A stretch of DNA of 44,273 nt from Conidiobolus incongruus B7586 (lineage: Eukaryota), in NCBI GenBank assembly GCA_000697335.1, contig JNEM01012461.1, positions 1 to 44,273 of the forward strand, written 5' to 3'. The notes under the pieces are model-generated. The model did not search any database and was not told the DNA's origin. It saw nothing but the letters and a program-made list of their open reading frames with translations. A program made the position numbers and the translations under genes. Shown in pieces: positions 1-13,557 of this stretch (position 1 is the stretch's first letter; the number at the start of each line of letters is the position of its first letter).

Positions 1-282
1 ATTTAATTAATAAGTTTTTTATATATAATATATTTTAAAAATACCTTTTTATATTAATTTAATAATTAAGACAATATTAATTATTAAATTATATTCTTCA
101 TTAAATCAACTAAATAAATAAGTTTATCAATATATAATTTACTAATAAATATCTTTGTTTACATAACTTATTAAAATATATAATACTTGGAAAAATTATA
201 ATTTTTAAAATATTAATATCTTAATATTCTTTGATTCATAAAATAATGAAGCAATTAGTAAATAAGGTAAATTTGAATATAA

Positions 283-1589
283 TATTATTATAAAATTAAA
301 AAAATGGGAAATTGTTTAATTTTTGATTTTTTAAACATATTATTAATTACAAATAAGTAAATATATATAAAACAAATAAGAAATAAATATTTTAAATTAT
401 ATATATAATAATTTTTTTGATTAAAAAATTAATTTGTTAATATTAGTTATTTAATTTAATCATGCTTAAACCAAATAATAACCATCAAAAGTTTTTTATT
501 TTAGTATTAATAAAACTTAACCATAAACCCTCTAAAATCATTTAAAATTTACAAGCAGTTTTTAATAATGAAGTATTATCTAAATTAACAATTTATTGCT
601 AGGTAAATTACTTTAAGGCTAAGAGAGAAACTACCCAAAACCTGCTAAAATCTAAAAGACTAATTTCAACTGTTATTCTTTTAATTGTTAATAAAGTAAA
701 AAATTATATTGAAAAGTACCTTTTTATTTTAGCTAAAGAACTATCAAAACACTTTAATATTAGTTATATAAGTATTTTATATATATTAAAGTTTAAATTA
801 AAATTAATTAATAAAAATATAAAATAAGTACCTTATAATTTAACTAAAGCTTAAAAAAAAGCTAGAGTAGCTATTGCTAAACAAAACTTACTAAGATATA
901 GCTAGAAACCAAAGCTTTTACAGCAAATTATTATAATTGATGAATTTTAAATTCTTTTATATAATCCTATACTAAAACATAAATCAAAGTGTTGGATTAA
1001 GCTAAATCAACCCCCTCCACAAATTTCTTTAAATAAATATTTTATTGATAAACAAATATTAATTGTTATAATAGATTAAAATAACATATGCTATTTTTAT
1101 TTAGTTTGTAAAAGAAAATCCATTAATAGTAAACTTTATATTTCTTTTTTAAATAAAACTCTTTCTAATTGGTATTTTTAATATAATTTGAGAAAACCTA
1201 TTATTTTGCATGATAATTATAAAATACATAAATTTAAAGTTATAAAACACTTTTTAATTAAAAATAACTGGAAAAAACTATCATATCTAATATATTCTTT
1301 AGATTATAGCCTATGTAATTATAATTGTTTTAGGTAATTAAAAAACTAACTTATAGGAAAGAAAATTTCTAGAGGAAAATTTAATTAGTTTATAAAACAT
1401 TAAATTTTAGTCTTTAATAAAAAGAACTGTTTTTTAGGTGTTAGATCTTTGCTAAAAGTATGGCAAAAAGTTATTAGAGATAAGGAAATTATTAATTTTA
1501 TATTATATTTTATTTTTACTTTATATATATTAAAATGTTTATTTTTTTCAATCACAAAAAATTCCCATTATTTAAATTACAAAGTAATG
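283..1589 (+). mobile_element. Mariner (DD34D) transposon copy 1, full-length, hypermutated pseudo-transposase (~462-1500)
   Basis: Imperfect TIRs (attattataaaattaaaaaaatgggaaattgt at ~284 vs revcomp of the end, attactttgtaatttaaataatgggaattttt). Manual translation gives eroded mariner motifs: K*VPYNLTKA*KKARV (WVPHEL), IIIIDEF*ILLYNP (first D, 939), ILHDNYKIH (second D, 1212), YSLDYSLCNY (YSPDL; third D>N at 1317, 34 residues after the second D), GVRSLLKVWQKVI. Confidence 0.9.
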
Positions 1590-2296
1590 ATTATATTCAA
1601 GGCCTATCATTATTATCAATATATAGAATTTCTACTTTCATATAAATAATTAAAGTATTTCATTTGTGACATAATAGAATATATAAATTTTACATAGATC
1701 TGGATTTAATACAATATTAATTTAAAATTAATTATTTCTGAAACTTATTTTAAGCAAATTGATTATTAGATATAAATATATTTAATTCCATATTAAATTG
1801 TTAAAAATTTTCAACAATTATTATTTAAATCAAGTTAAAGAATATTAATTCTTAATATTCATTGATATTGTAAAATTGACAAACCTAAATATATATATAT
1901 ACATATATTTATATATATTGGGAAAAAATTCTTAAATTTATAAGATTTTCAATCAACATCTAAAATATATTTTAAAATTTTGAAAACTTGTTAACATTTG
2001 ACCACAATCCCAACCTCCCTGGTGTGGAGCTTTTTGGCTACTATCATATGATTAATCGGGTATATTTTAGTTTCGATTAATATTTTTTATACAAAATTAT
2101 AATTGAAATTTTTAAAGATATAATAAGATCTGAAATTAACCTTGAATAAGTCCAATTAGCTATTTATTGAAAATATTTCAACTAACAAGATTTAAAATAC
2201 AAAATTTTTCTTTTACATGATATTATGTAAAAATATACTTGTGTGTTTTTGGTATTTTATATATTGAAGACTATACTATGCCTAGATTGTCAAAAT

Positions 2297-2857
2297 TTAG
2301 TAAGTATTACTCTTTGCAATTTTTTCACTTCGATTATTATATGACGATTTTAACATTCTTGACTGATGAAGAAGGCAACATCCGGCAAATATAATTGCTA
2401 TAACTAACTGAATGTTCAATTTCTTATAAATCTGTATGGTAGCCATTTGACCACTGGTAGAAGGTGAACAACGCTCCACCTTCGCAATCAACTCGCAAGA
2501 CACACAATCTGTTAATATGATACAATGATTAGCTCTTGAAATCCTCCAAACGCAACTGAAAGGACAAAATCCAGTTTTCCACTTTAAAAGGCTGAATGTA
2601 AACTCACTCGATTCTGCGGCATATTTTAAAGAAAATATTTGATTGGAATCGTAGAGTCCGATATACCTTAACATGCAATTTAATTCATCATTATATATCC
2701 TCGAAATACACTGTCCTTTGATATTTATCATTTTAGGCTTTGCAAACATTGGAAATTGTATCGTATAATGATGATTCCCTTCACTATCCTTGATTTGCCA
2801 CTCAGAATTTATATTAGGATAAATTGATATATTGTACTTTAGAGGATTAATAGTCAT
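2297..2857 (-). CDS. Intronless 186-aa protein, divergent member of the tubby-C/LURP-one-like family in this window
   Basis: Long ORF in AT-rich DNA. C-terminal pattern W..SR...IL.D....LIAKV......ATIQI..K.....VIAIIFAGC matches the family layout of strands followed by a hydrophobic terminal helix. Fold assignment is inference. Confidence 0.65.
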   Translation of the reverse strand: MTINPLKYNISIYPNINSEWQIKDSEGNHHYTIQFPMFAKPKMINIKGQCISRIYNDELNCMLRYIGLYDSNQIFSLKYAAESSEFTFSLLKWKTGFCPFSCVWRISRANHCIILTDCVSCELIAKVERCSPSTSGQMATIQIYKKLNIQLVIAIIFAGCCLLHQSRMLKSSYNNRSEKIAKSNTY

Positions 2858-5800
2858 GATTGTGAAGATATAGATGTTTAGATAAAATATTATTTAGTTA
2901 CTACCAAGTAGCATCTTAAATATGTGAATGAAAATAGCTACAAGGTCAGGATTTTAAGGTTGCGTAAATTTCACAAAAACCAATTAATACTCATTAAATT
3001 ATTTAGAAACTAAAAAAAGTTTAAAATAATATATTAGTTAATATAGAATACCTATGTCCGATATTTCAAATATATATCATTATTTATTTAATTCACCTTC
3101 AATTAATTCTTATTTAATATATTTATTCTTTAAAAATTTTAAAAAATTTACCATGCGACATAATTAAACATTTTAAAATTCTTTTTTTCTTATTAAGAAT
3201 ATTTTGTTTTCAGATATTTTTGTATATTCTCACCAATTTAGTATGATTAATTTTATTATCCGATACAGTCTTCAATATGATTTCATTTGTTAATAATTGA
3301 TAAATATATCACTGATTTATTGCTGTTTTTGATATTATATTCAGTTGAATCATATGTTAATTATTTGATTTTTTTATGCAATGATTGGACAATAATTTGC
3401 GCATTCTATAAATTTTATATGCGTTTCAGACCAGACCTGAGAAATCTAAATAAGATTATAATAAAATATTATAATCCAATATTATTATATAGAATAGTTT
3501 GATCTGATGATATGAAAATAATATGAACATTATGCTGATAGATAATAAATTTAATCAATCTAATAAATTACAAAAATTCATTTAATAGTTTAACATTAAA
3601 TTTTATATAATAAAATCAACTAATATTATTTCAGTGAAATAGATTTTATAATTGTAAAATGAAAAATTGGTTGATTTTTTGGGATTTATTTATATTGTTA
3701 TGAATTTATTAATAATATCAATTTAAAAATTGATTAAATATTGGATATATTTTAGAAATATAATAGATAATCGAATATTCTAACCCCATTATTCTTTGAC
3801 ACTCAGTTCAAATATCAATTGATTAATAAAATATAATCAACTCCAAATCAAAATAATAACAAAAATTAGTTATTTTAGTAAGTAAAAAATTAAATGGAGA
3901 TACAATATTTTCACTTGATTCAATAAGGTAACTATTTAATATTTTTGTTTGAATATTATGTTAGTCTTAAATAGACAAGTTAAAATTCTACAACTCAAAA
4001 ATTTACTTAGTATTTGGATAAGTTATAATAATTATTTTTATCAGACAGATAACCACAATCAAGATAATATAACTAATCCTTATATTGTTTGGAATGATTT
4101 GTTAGTTAAAATTTTCAATTCAATCAATTTAACACACTATTTATATATTCACATATTTTAAACAATAAATTTATATTATTGGCTCATTAATTTTTTCTTT
4201 TAAAAATGACAAAATTGAAAAGTTTGAAAATATATAAATATTATCATATAAGTTTGCAATTTAATACCTTGCTTTATTTTTTTATTTGCATTATAGTTAG
4301 AGCCTTAAGATTTTAAGTTAATTTTAAAATAATATTAATTATTTTGATATTAAAAAATTTCTAAATAATTAAGACAAAAAATTTGATTAGTTAAATTTAT
4401 GATTTCACTGACAATGTTGCTGCATTTCAAGGATATCATCTCCTCAATGTGCTAACTTTAAAACTTCATATAATAATTAAAAGGATTTGCATAAATTTTC
4501 ATAATAATATTTCAACGATAAATATAAAAAGGCTAATTAAAATTCATATAAGGAGTATAATATAACTTTTTCTTAACACGAGTATAATTATTTATCAAAA
4601 TTGGGATTATTTCACATTATGTAATTTTAATCTTTTATTCAATTATTGAGTTATAAATATAATTTTAAAAATATAATCAAACCTATTGTGATATAAACTC
4701 AAATAGTTTTATCTGATAATAATATACAAGTAAATATACTCTTAAATGCAATAGAATTAAATTAATTATAAATAATAGAAAGTCAATATTATAAAAAGAA
4801 TATCATCAAATCTATCCATTTTATTGACCGCATAACAACCTGTAAAAATTCCATATAAAGTGAAATTATAAAGATAATTAATTGATCAATAGAATAATAG
4901 TCAAGATTTTAATATTTAAAATTTATAGAATCTCGTTTTAGACTCGGACATATTATGATAAAGAGACTTTCTAAATAGAATTATTGGTATTAAATTGATA
5001 ATATTTTAAAATAATAACTATAAAAATGATCATAATTTAATTTCAAATATGAGAACAATTCTAAAAAAGTGAATAATTTTCATATTCAATTGATGATAAA
5101 ATATTCGAAATTATTGCAATCAAATTATATTGATTGAATTAGGACATAATATTTTCGAACTCAAAATAATAGTTTTTCATCATTGGCATAACTTAAGTTT
5201 GAAAACCTTAATTTTTAAAGGTCATGCTTAATAATCAGGACTACTGAATTTAAGTATTCAATATTATTTACAATACTACCTGGATTATTTAATATCACAA
5301 TAAATTATCCATTTTAATCCATAAAAATTTTAATATATAAATAAAAATTTTATTAAATATATTTAGAATTATAGAATATTAAATCTAAAATAATCATAAT
5401 TAATTTATTAATTAAAAATATTTATTGTTAAAAAGTTATTTGATGATTCCGTAATTTTCCGAAAACTAATTTAATATTTCTTAAAATCTTTATAAATATT
5501 TCAATATCGGACGAATTCAAATCTAATTTAAAAATATAACTACCCTATCAAAATATATAACAAGTATTGGATCGCTCAAACTACTTTTATGCTACATTTT
5601 TCTCTAAACATTAAGGACAAGTGGAATGTTTTTAGTTCTAAGACAAATAAGGTAATTAATTGCACGCTACTTTGGTTTAGATCCATTTTGTATTCACAGG
5701 AATAGAAGAATTATAATATCGTTGTCACATCTTCATTATGGATTCAGAGCATTTTGGAAATCAATTATATACTGAAGGTGTATGGTGATTTTTTGTAGAG

Positions 5801-6911
5801 TAGTATTTTTTGTATTATTATCATTTGCTAAGGTTATTGAATTGACCTAGATAATACGAATAATTATCTTCTGCATCTAAATAAGATCAATCAAGTTCAT
5901 AACTATGTTCTATAGAACATTAGAATCATAATATTGTCATAAATTACCTTTTTTATTTATCAAAAATTAATATAATTTTAAAAAATCCCATTTCTGGAAC
6001 TCTATAAGATTATTAAATAAAATAATTAATTTAAAAATTCTAATTTAGAAAATATATATTCATGTGAATAAATTGAATTTTCTTTAGAATATGTCCGATA
6101 AAATATATTATCCCTTGCCGAACCTCTTAAAAAGTATGTAATATGATTTGATTGTAAGTTTTATTAGTAATATAAGAATGAAAAAAGTAGCATTAATTAT
6201 CAGATTAATTGAAATTAATTTAATTGGGTGAAATGGGATATTTTGCGCATTCGCGGTATTAATTTAATATGTTAAAAAGGGATTAAAAATTTGAAATAAT
6301 TAAAAGAATTGATAAAATATTCTATATAAAATAGAATCATTTTACTAATGTTGGTTTTATTGGATAATTTTAATAATAGTAAATGGATTTGATACCAATT
6401 AGCAATTTTGAACTATTTATTAATCCCTGTAATTTGACAATTCTTGACAAATTTTTATATGAAAAATTTGAAATAATTAAAGGGTGAACTCATCAGTACT
6501 AAATAATATATTTACCCTAATTTTTCACTATAAAAAGAAAATTTAACAATTTATACTATTAAAATTCTCATATTACTGCGTAAATAGATAAATCTTTTTA
6601 TACCATTAATTTAAAATAATTCAAGATTACAATCACAAATTTGATGATTGAATTTAATTACCACATTAAAACCTGTCAAATTTCTCTTGATAATACAAAT
6701 TATTTCTTGGTATTCATTTATTATTGGTACAAAATATGCTAAAAATGGAATTTATCAGCTAGAAAATCGGTCAAATATAAGTTTAATTTCAATTTCTATT
6801 TAGAATTCATGGGAATGTATACAAGTAGAATGAATATAGTGGTACTAGTAAATATATATAAATAAATACCAATATTCTAATTATTCTTCAAATTTGATTT
6901 TTTTATTGAAA

Positions 6912-7499
6912 ATGCAGAGATCTAACTCCACTAGTTCTTATTCTACATTACAATATAAGATTGTGAAAACAATATCGTTAGCTAAAGAATATCAACTTCA
7001 GAATCGCTACGACGATCATTTATACACATTTCAAAGTCTCAAAGGCGACAATTATCAATTATTCAAATCCACAGTACCAGTTACGAAAGTTCGTCCTGGC
7101 CAGTGGGATAATAGTAACAGATACTTAGAAATTAGAGGATTTTCAGGTGTTATCAATTTCCATGTCGAAAATCCCCAAACTGAATACGAAATTGATATAT
7201 GCCCAATGGACAGTAAAAAGAGAACAAAATTAATATGGAAATGGCTAGTACAACATGAATGTTTCGCACTAATGACCTCTGATGAAAAACATCTAATAGC
7301 GAAGATTCAACCAGCGAAATTATTTAAGAGGGAGTTGGCCACTTTAGAAATACATCAAATGGTTGATATTACTCAAAAGATGACAATATTAACAACTGGC
7401 ATGATCATTTTCAACGACTATTATAGTTCTCAATCAAATTTAGCCAGATTTGTTAAACGTCGTAATTCCTTACCGAATTTTATTAAGAACTTATTATGA
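6912..7499 (+). CDS. Intronless ~195-aa tubby-C/LURP-one-like family protein (first ATG at 6912)
   Basis: Contains LIWKW...FAL.T.D..HLIAKI.P..LFK.ELATLEI...V......ILTTGMII. TATA-like atatatataaata lies ~50 bp upstream. Confidence 0.7.
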   Translation: MQRSNSTSSYSTLQYKIVKTISLAKEYQLQNRYDDHLYTFQSLKGDNYQLFKSTVPVTKVRPGQWDNSNRYLEIRGFSGVINFHVENPQTEYEIDICPMDSKKRTKLIWKWLVQHECFALMTSDEKHLIAKIQPAKLFKRELATLEIHQMVDITQKMTILTTGMIIFNDYYSSQSNLARFVKRRNSLPNFIKNLL

Positions 7500-7999
7500 T
7501 TGTCAGTTATTTAATTTATTATTTGTATTTTTAGGTTGATTGTATATAGTATTGTATATTTTTATTCGTAATAAATAATCTTTTGATTTTTTATATATAT
7601 CTAATTTAAAAATTTCAAAATTTATGAATTATTTTTTTTGCAATTATTCAATTAATATTAATCAATCAATAGAAGTATTTTCTCCAAATAATTATATCAG
7701 TTGGAACTTATTAAATTGAAACATGTTATTAATTGATGATAATAAATTATGTTAGAAGAGAATTATAAAAATAATATATGCAGATCAATAAATGAAAAAT
7801 CCAAATTATGCTAATATAACTTGAGCAATGAAAAGTGAATTATAATAATATTATCAGTTGATAATCAAAGTTTTTCATGGCAATTTATTGAAACTTGAAA
7901 ATGATTGAGTTTGACTAAAAAATATTTTTGATGTTAAATATTACATATATATATTCTAAACGCATTTTATGTTATGGGAATAATTTTATACTAGAAGAA

Positions 8000-8760
8000 A
8001 TGGGTAATATATTTTAAATCAGATTTATCTAACATATTCACTTTTCTGACCTCCAAACTTACATATTTTTCAGCTGGTTCAAAATCTATGTTAAGCTCAA
8101 TGATACCTGCTTTAATATGATGTACAATATTTGAACTATCAATTGTTTTTAAAATTAAAGATTATGGATAAAATTCTGATACAATAGGATTCTGGCTTCA
8201 GCTGTGGCAATCAAAGAGTTTATTGCATAATAGGAAACTTCCAAGCACAAATGATATACTTGAAACTTAGACACCATAATAGATAACTGAGTATTCTTCA
8301 GTTCATAAAAATTTTCTCGTTGATATGTGTAATGTCAAGCAATGTGTGTTTTCTAATCAAACTCTGAAATTTAAAAACATTTTTTTAAATCATGGTATCG
8401 TTATTAATATTTTTTTATTAATACCAAGTTCTTCAGATCTTTATGATATTATCTTTAAAAATTATTCTACCGTCATTACTCATATAGAATTAATAACTTT
8501 GTCATGTTCTAATAAACTATGGATTACTTTAACGCTTTTAAGTACTATTAAAATTTCCAATATCTCAAGACATTTATAAATTACTTTTCATTCACCAAAT
8601 AAAGAAATACCATACTTAATCTATACCATATATTTGTTGATTTTAGTATCTAGTGTGTTTATAAAGAAGATCATAATCTCTGCTACTCAAGAGAGAAACG
8701 TGTGTTGTAATCGCATAATCCAAAATTTGTAATATTATATTCAGGTGGTTTCTAAGACCA
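8000..8760 (-). pseudogene. Possible decayed F-box/LRR-type gene
   Basis: Minus strand near 8760 reads WS*KPPE/IILQILDY..VSLLS across a frameshift, an F-box-like start. It is followed by ~700 bp of slightly GC-richer sequence with many stops. Weak; boundaries approximate. Confidence 0.25.
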
Positions 8761-9184
8761 GAATTATATTTATTTCGATTATAAATAATATAGTAATTTA
8801 TATTATTTTTAATTTTAGTTTTTATACCAATAAGAATAGAATTCTCTATAACGGTCTCTGCTATTAAAAAAGGTCATATAATTTCTATATTCAATAAAAT
8901 AAATCATTAATTTAAATTTTCAATAATTATTCCATTTTTTAAATGTTTTTTAGTTTATAATGCTTTTTGCTTTATAATTTTCATAATTATATTGTATCCC
9001 ATTAATCCCCAATAAAGAGTTTATTAATAATTTATGTAATCTTTAAATTTAGTATAAAGCAAAAGATGAGAATTAAAACTTTTTACACTTGCTCTTAGAT
9101 TGTAACTCATGCATAATGATTAATATATAAAAAATAATATATAAATTCTTAAAATACAATGTCTCAATTTTTTTATTTTCAATT

Positions 9185-10512
9185 TATTAGTGCAGAAATT
9201 AAATAATGGCATAATTTTAAAATTAAAATTAAACAAATACATTAATAAATAATATATAAAAATTAATGAATAATATAAAATTAATAGCCTCTTTTATTAT
9301 TAATAACTCTTTTCTATACTTTTGGTAAGCTTCTAATACTTAAAAATTAGTTCTTTTTATTAAAGACTGAAATTTGATGTTTTATGAACCAATTTAATTT
9401 GTTTGCAGGAATTTTTTTTCTTGTAAGCTGTTTTTTTAATTGTTTAAAACAATTATAATCACATAAGTTATAATTAAGTGAATATACTAGATGTGGTAAC
9501 TCCCTCTAATTTTTTTTATATAAAAAATCTTTTACAACTTTAGCTTTATATATTTTACAATTATTATGTAAAATAATAAGTGTCTTTAATATATATTGAG
9601 AACATCATTTAAAAATTGTTTTATTTAAAAAAATAATATATAACTTACTATTAATTAATTTTCCTTGAGGTATTAAATAAGAAAACTATATACTATTATA
9701 ATCTATTATAACATTTAACATTTACTTATATTTAAAATATTTATTCATTAGAATTTATAGAGGGGATTAATTTAACTTAACCTAACATCTTGTTTTATTT
9801 TTAGGTAAAGGATTATATAAAGGAATTTAAAATTTATTAATTGTAAGTATTTACTATAAAAACCTTTATTTTTAGTTATACTTTAATAAGTTTAGTTTAG
9901 CTATAGCTACTCTAGTTTTCTTTTAGGCTTTTGTTAAATTATAAAGTATTTATTTTGTATTTTTATTAATTAATCTAAGTTTAAACTTAAGTAAATATAA
10001 TATACTTATATAATTAACATTAAATTACTTTAATAATTCTTTAACAGAAATAAAAAGGTATTTCTTAATATATTTTTTTACTTTATTAATAAGTAAAAGA
10101 ATAATAGTAGAAATTAATTTTTTAGATTTTGGTAAATTTTAAATAATATCCCTTCTAGCTTTAAAATCACAAATCTAGCAATATATGGTAGTTTTAAATA
10201 AAGCACCATCTCTAAAAGTTGTTTACAAGTTTTAGATGATTTTAAAGGGTTTATAGTTAAGTTTTAAAAATACAAAAATAAAAGCCTTTTGATAATCACA
10301 ATCTAGTATAAGCATCATTAAATTTAAGTGTAAATTTTAAAATCAAAATATTTTAATAAAAAAAATAATTAAAATTGAATATATATATATATATAGTTTG
10401 AAAATATTTATTTTCCTATATATTTTATATATATATAATCTTTCAAAATGTATAATATGTTTGAAAGATCAGAAATTAAAAAATTTGCCATTTCTTAATT
10501 TCTATACTAATA
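9185..10512 (-). mobile_element. Mariner (DD34D) transposon copy 2, full-length, hypermutated
   Basis: TIRs tattagtgcagaaattaaataatggcataatttt / tattagtatagaaattaagaaatggcaaattttt match at 28/34 and both start with TA. Minus strand reads K*ILYNLT, LTINKF*IP, IILHNN and N*RELPHLVYSLNYNLCDYNCFKQLK (third D retained). Colinear with copy 1. Confidence 0.9.
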
Positions 10513-13500
10513 TTATTTTGATTTTAATAAAAGTTAATATGATTTTTAGTTAATTTATAATATTTTAAGTGAATAATATATTAAAATCTTTGTTTTCTTA
10601 AATATTAACTATTTCTTACTATTTGGTTAATCAATATATATTCTATTAGTTAAGATTTATTGCGATGAATTTATATTATTGTTTTAATATATTATACTCC
10701 TATACTATATTTTTATAATAAATTAACTAATATTTAAACTCAAACACTTAGATGCATTATTTTTATTTATTACAAAAGAAATATTATGTTTCAAAATCTA
10801 TTAGCTTTGGTATGATAAGATTGATCCCAGTTTTTTTAAAGTATTTGAATCAAATTAGATTATAATATATATAAACTAATTAGATTGAAATCTGATTAAT
10901 ATATAAAATCAATATAAAAATAATATAGTTTTTTATAATTTAAAATATAAAACTGAATATTTTCATATATAAATAATATTAAATGAACATTGTTTTCAAT
11001 TAATTTGTAATACTATATTGCTTAATGGTAATATACTAATTAACTATCAAATTATATAAAATAGATATATATTAAATATAATTTGAAATATATTTATGAC
11101 TTTATGATATATTATTCCAAATATATATCATCAATCATTTTCACTATTTTGAAAACTATTATTTCTTCATTGAATAAAAAATATTCTGGGTGCAGTTATA
11201 ATAGTATATTTAATATATTTCTAATTGAATATTAGTAATCACAGTGTATAGTGTTATTACAAATATCAAATTTCTAATTTAAATCTGGATGTAATAATAA
11301 TTGAATTGTGATCTTAATGATAAATAATGACTGATTTTATTATCTATTGCTAGATATTTGTATTGTTCTCTATGGTGCATGATCTCAATTTCTATAACAT
11401 TATATTTGGAGGGTATAATAAAATTATTTCTATACAAATAATTTGATTATAAAAAATGAAAAAGATATAAGTGTTATTATACAAAAGGAGTAAACATACA
11501 AAATAAGAATATAAACTAGTTAATCTAATATGATTTAATAATTCAATCTATCAATTCTAAATAATTATTGAACTGTTTGAATGGATGTATAACAATTGTT
11601 CATTATAATGAAAAACCAATAAACAATATCCTTTAACGAAAGCAATAAGTTATATAAAGGATAATATCAATGAGTTTTGAATTATAATAAAATTCACATT
11701 TGAATATGTGAATTAAATTTTTGGTTCAAAGCCAAGTTGAACCAAATCCAATTTTTGTGTAAAATTAAGAAAGTATCTAATTATAGAATTTCATATATTT
11801 TGTCTATTCAAGTCTGTGTCAATTGACTGTAGAAAATAAGTTTTGAAATATGTAAATATTAAATTTATCCAAAAATAATTTGAAATGTATTAAATTAGTG
11901 ACAAATATAAATAATGAATTTTAAGTCATTATATTTGTTATTATAGATAAAATACCTAATTTTAAGAGTTTACAGTGAAATATAATAAAAAATAATACTC
12001 AAATCCCATTGTTTTAGAAATTATATTGAATATAGTATATTTAAAAACTGTGATTTATTCGATACTACAATATTCTGAAATATTATAATGATAGATATAT
12101 GGATAAGCTAAAATAAAACGCTTGATAAAAAATTACTTATTTTTTGAATATAAACTTCAAGCTTCAAATATAGGGAAAAATGTGGAGATTAAATAATAGT
12201 ATGAATAATGTCAAAATTAATATATTGTGGATTTATAATACGAAAATATAATTATATTAAAATTGCATTTTATAACTTAACTAAGTATTAATAAAATAAT
12301 TAAAAAACTAATAAATATTAACAATATATCGCCATTTGAATTATTAAATCTTTAATTATATCAGTTCAAATGTGATGAATTATGTTGAATAAAAAAATCT
12401 TACAATTATAACATTAATCTTTTGAATCAGTCATTTTAATATATTGTTTGTTCATACTTAGATATTATATTTAATAGGATGAGTATCAAGTTTTAAGAAA
12501 TCAAAACTCGCTATACCTATAATCTCATTTTTTAACAATAATCGGAAAAAATTTGGTCTCTATGGATAATATGGATAGAATATAATTTAAATTATAGATA
12601 TATATCATATTAATAAAATACAGTTAATCGCTCAAATATTAGTATATTGTATACAGTTATATTATTCTGATCTTGGGAATTTTCCAAATAAGGATTGAAT
12701 AATTATAGAATCAAAAATAAAATATTTTATCCATAATACATTGTTGATATATAAAAAAGATAAATTAATAATTTGATAAAATTTGGAGAATGATTATGAT
12801 TTTGTTCAATATTTAGATACCATTTGAATTAATATAAACTAATGACTATCTTAGTAGACTACATCCTTATCCAACTATACTAACTAAATGACAATTGTAT
12901 GTAAAAAAAATATTATTTCCAAATATGGTGAAATTTTTATTATATGAAAATAATTAATGCTTTAATTAAAGGTCACAGTGACCAATTTCAATCTGGTCCA
13001 CTAATTGAAGAATAAATGTATAATTCTAAATTTAATATATTTCAATATGTTAAATTGTATAATTAAAGAATATTTAATTCCTATATATTCAATAATTATT
13101 AATAAAATATTTAAAAATTGTTGTAATATTCAATTAATGATCTAACTGAGTAAAGCTTTAATATTTTATTGAAATAACCACTTGTAGATCAAGCTAAAAG
13201 TTGATCTAATTGATTTATTGAATTAGATTAAAAAATAATATTTTAATTATATACTCTTTTCATTGTACATAGTTTAATTCATTGATTTAAAATAATTTTG
13301 ATTATTATTGATATATTAATTAAAAATAGTTTTTTATTAAACAATCCCGAAAATTTACTATTCAATTATCAAATGTTACTTTTGCTGAATCATATGATCT
13401 AATCGAAAAAGGGTTCACGTCACTTAACAATTTTGAATTGACAATATAAATTCCCACTAACTACAAATATTTAATCATGATCATTTATTCATCAACTCAA

Positions 13501-13557
13501 GCTGAATTTCAAACACTTAAATTCAATTTTTATATTGTGAGTCATTGAAACATTAAA

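Noticed and set aside
1..282. Extremely AT-rich start, possibly another eroded element
   Set aside because: No motif or terminus could be recognised.
540..552. TAA at the same transposase codon in all four mariner copies, suggesting stop-codon reassignment
   Set aside because: Host genes end in TGA (ACAD, VIP1), TAG (TAF7) and TAA (25198 ORF), and the TE stops replace both Gln and Trp, so mutation explains them.
1449..1649. 66-aa ORF beginning LKVWQKVI
   Set aside because: It is the C-terminal remnant of the copy-1 transposase reading through the TIR, not a gene.
3287..4161. Short ORFs 3287..3502 and 3949..4161 (also 8325..8579 and 36939..37130)
   Set aside because: Low-complexity I/L/N/F/Y-rich translations typical of AT-rich noise, mostly non-ATG starts, no motifs.
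5580..5900. Slightly GC-richer patch with minus-strand KWI*TK, a possible ninth family relic
   Set aside because: Only one short motif and no convincing colinear alignment.
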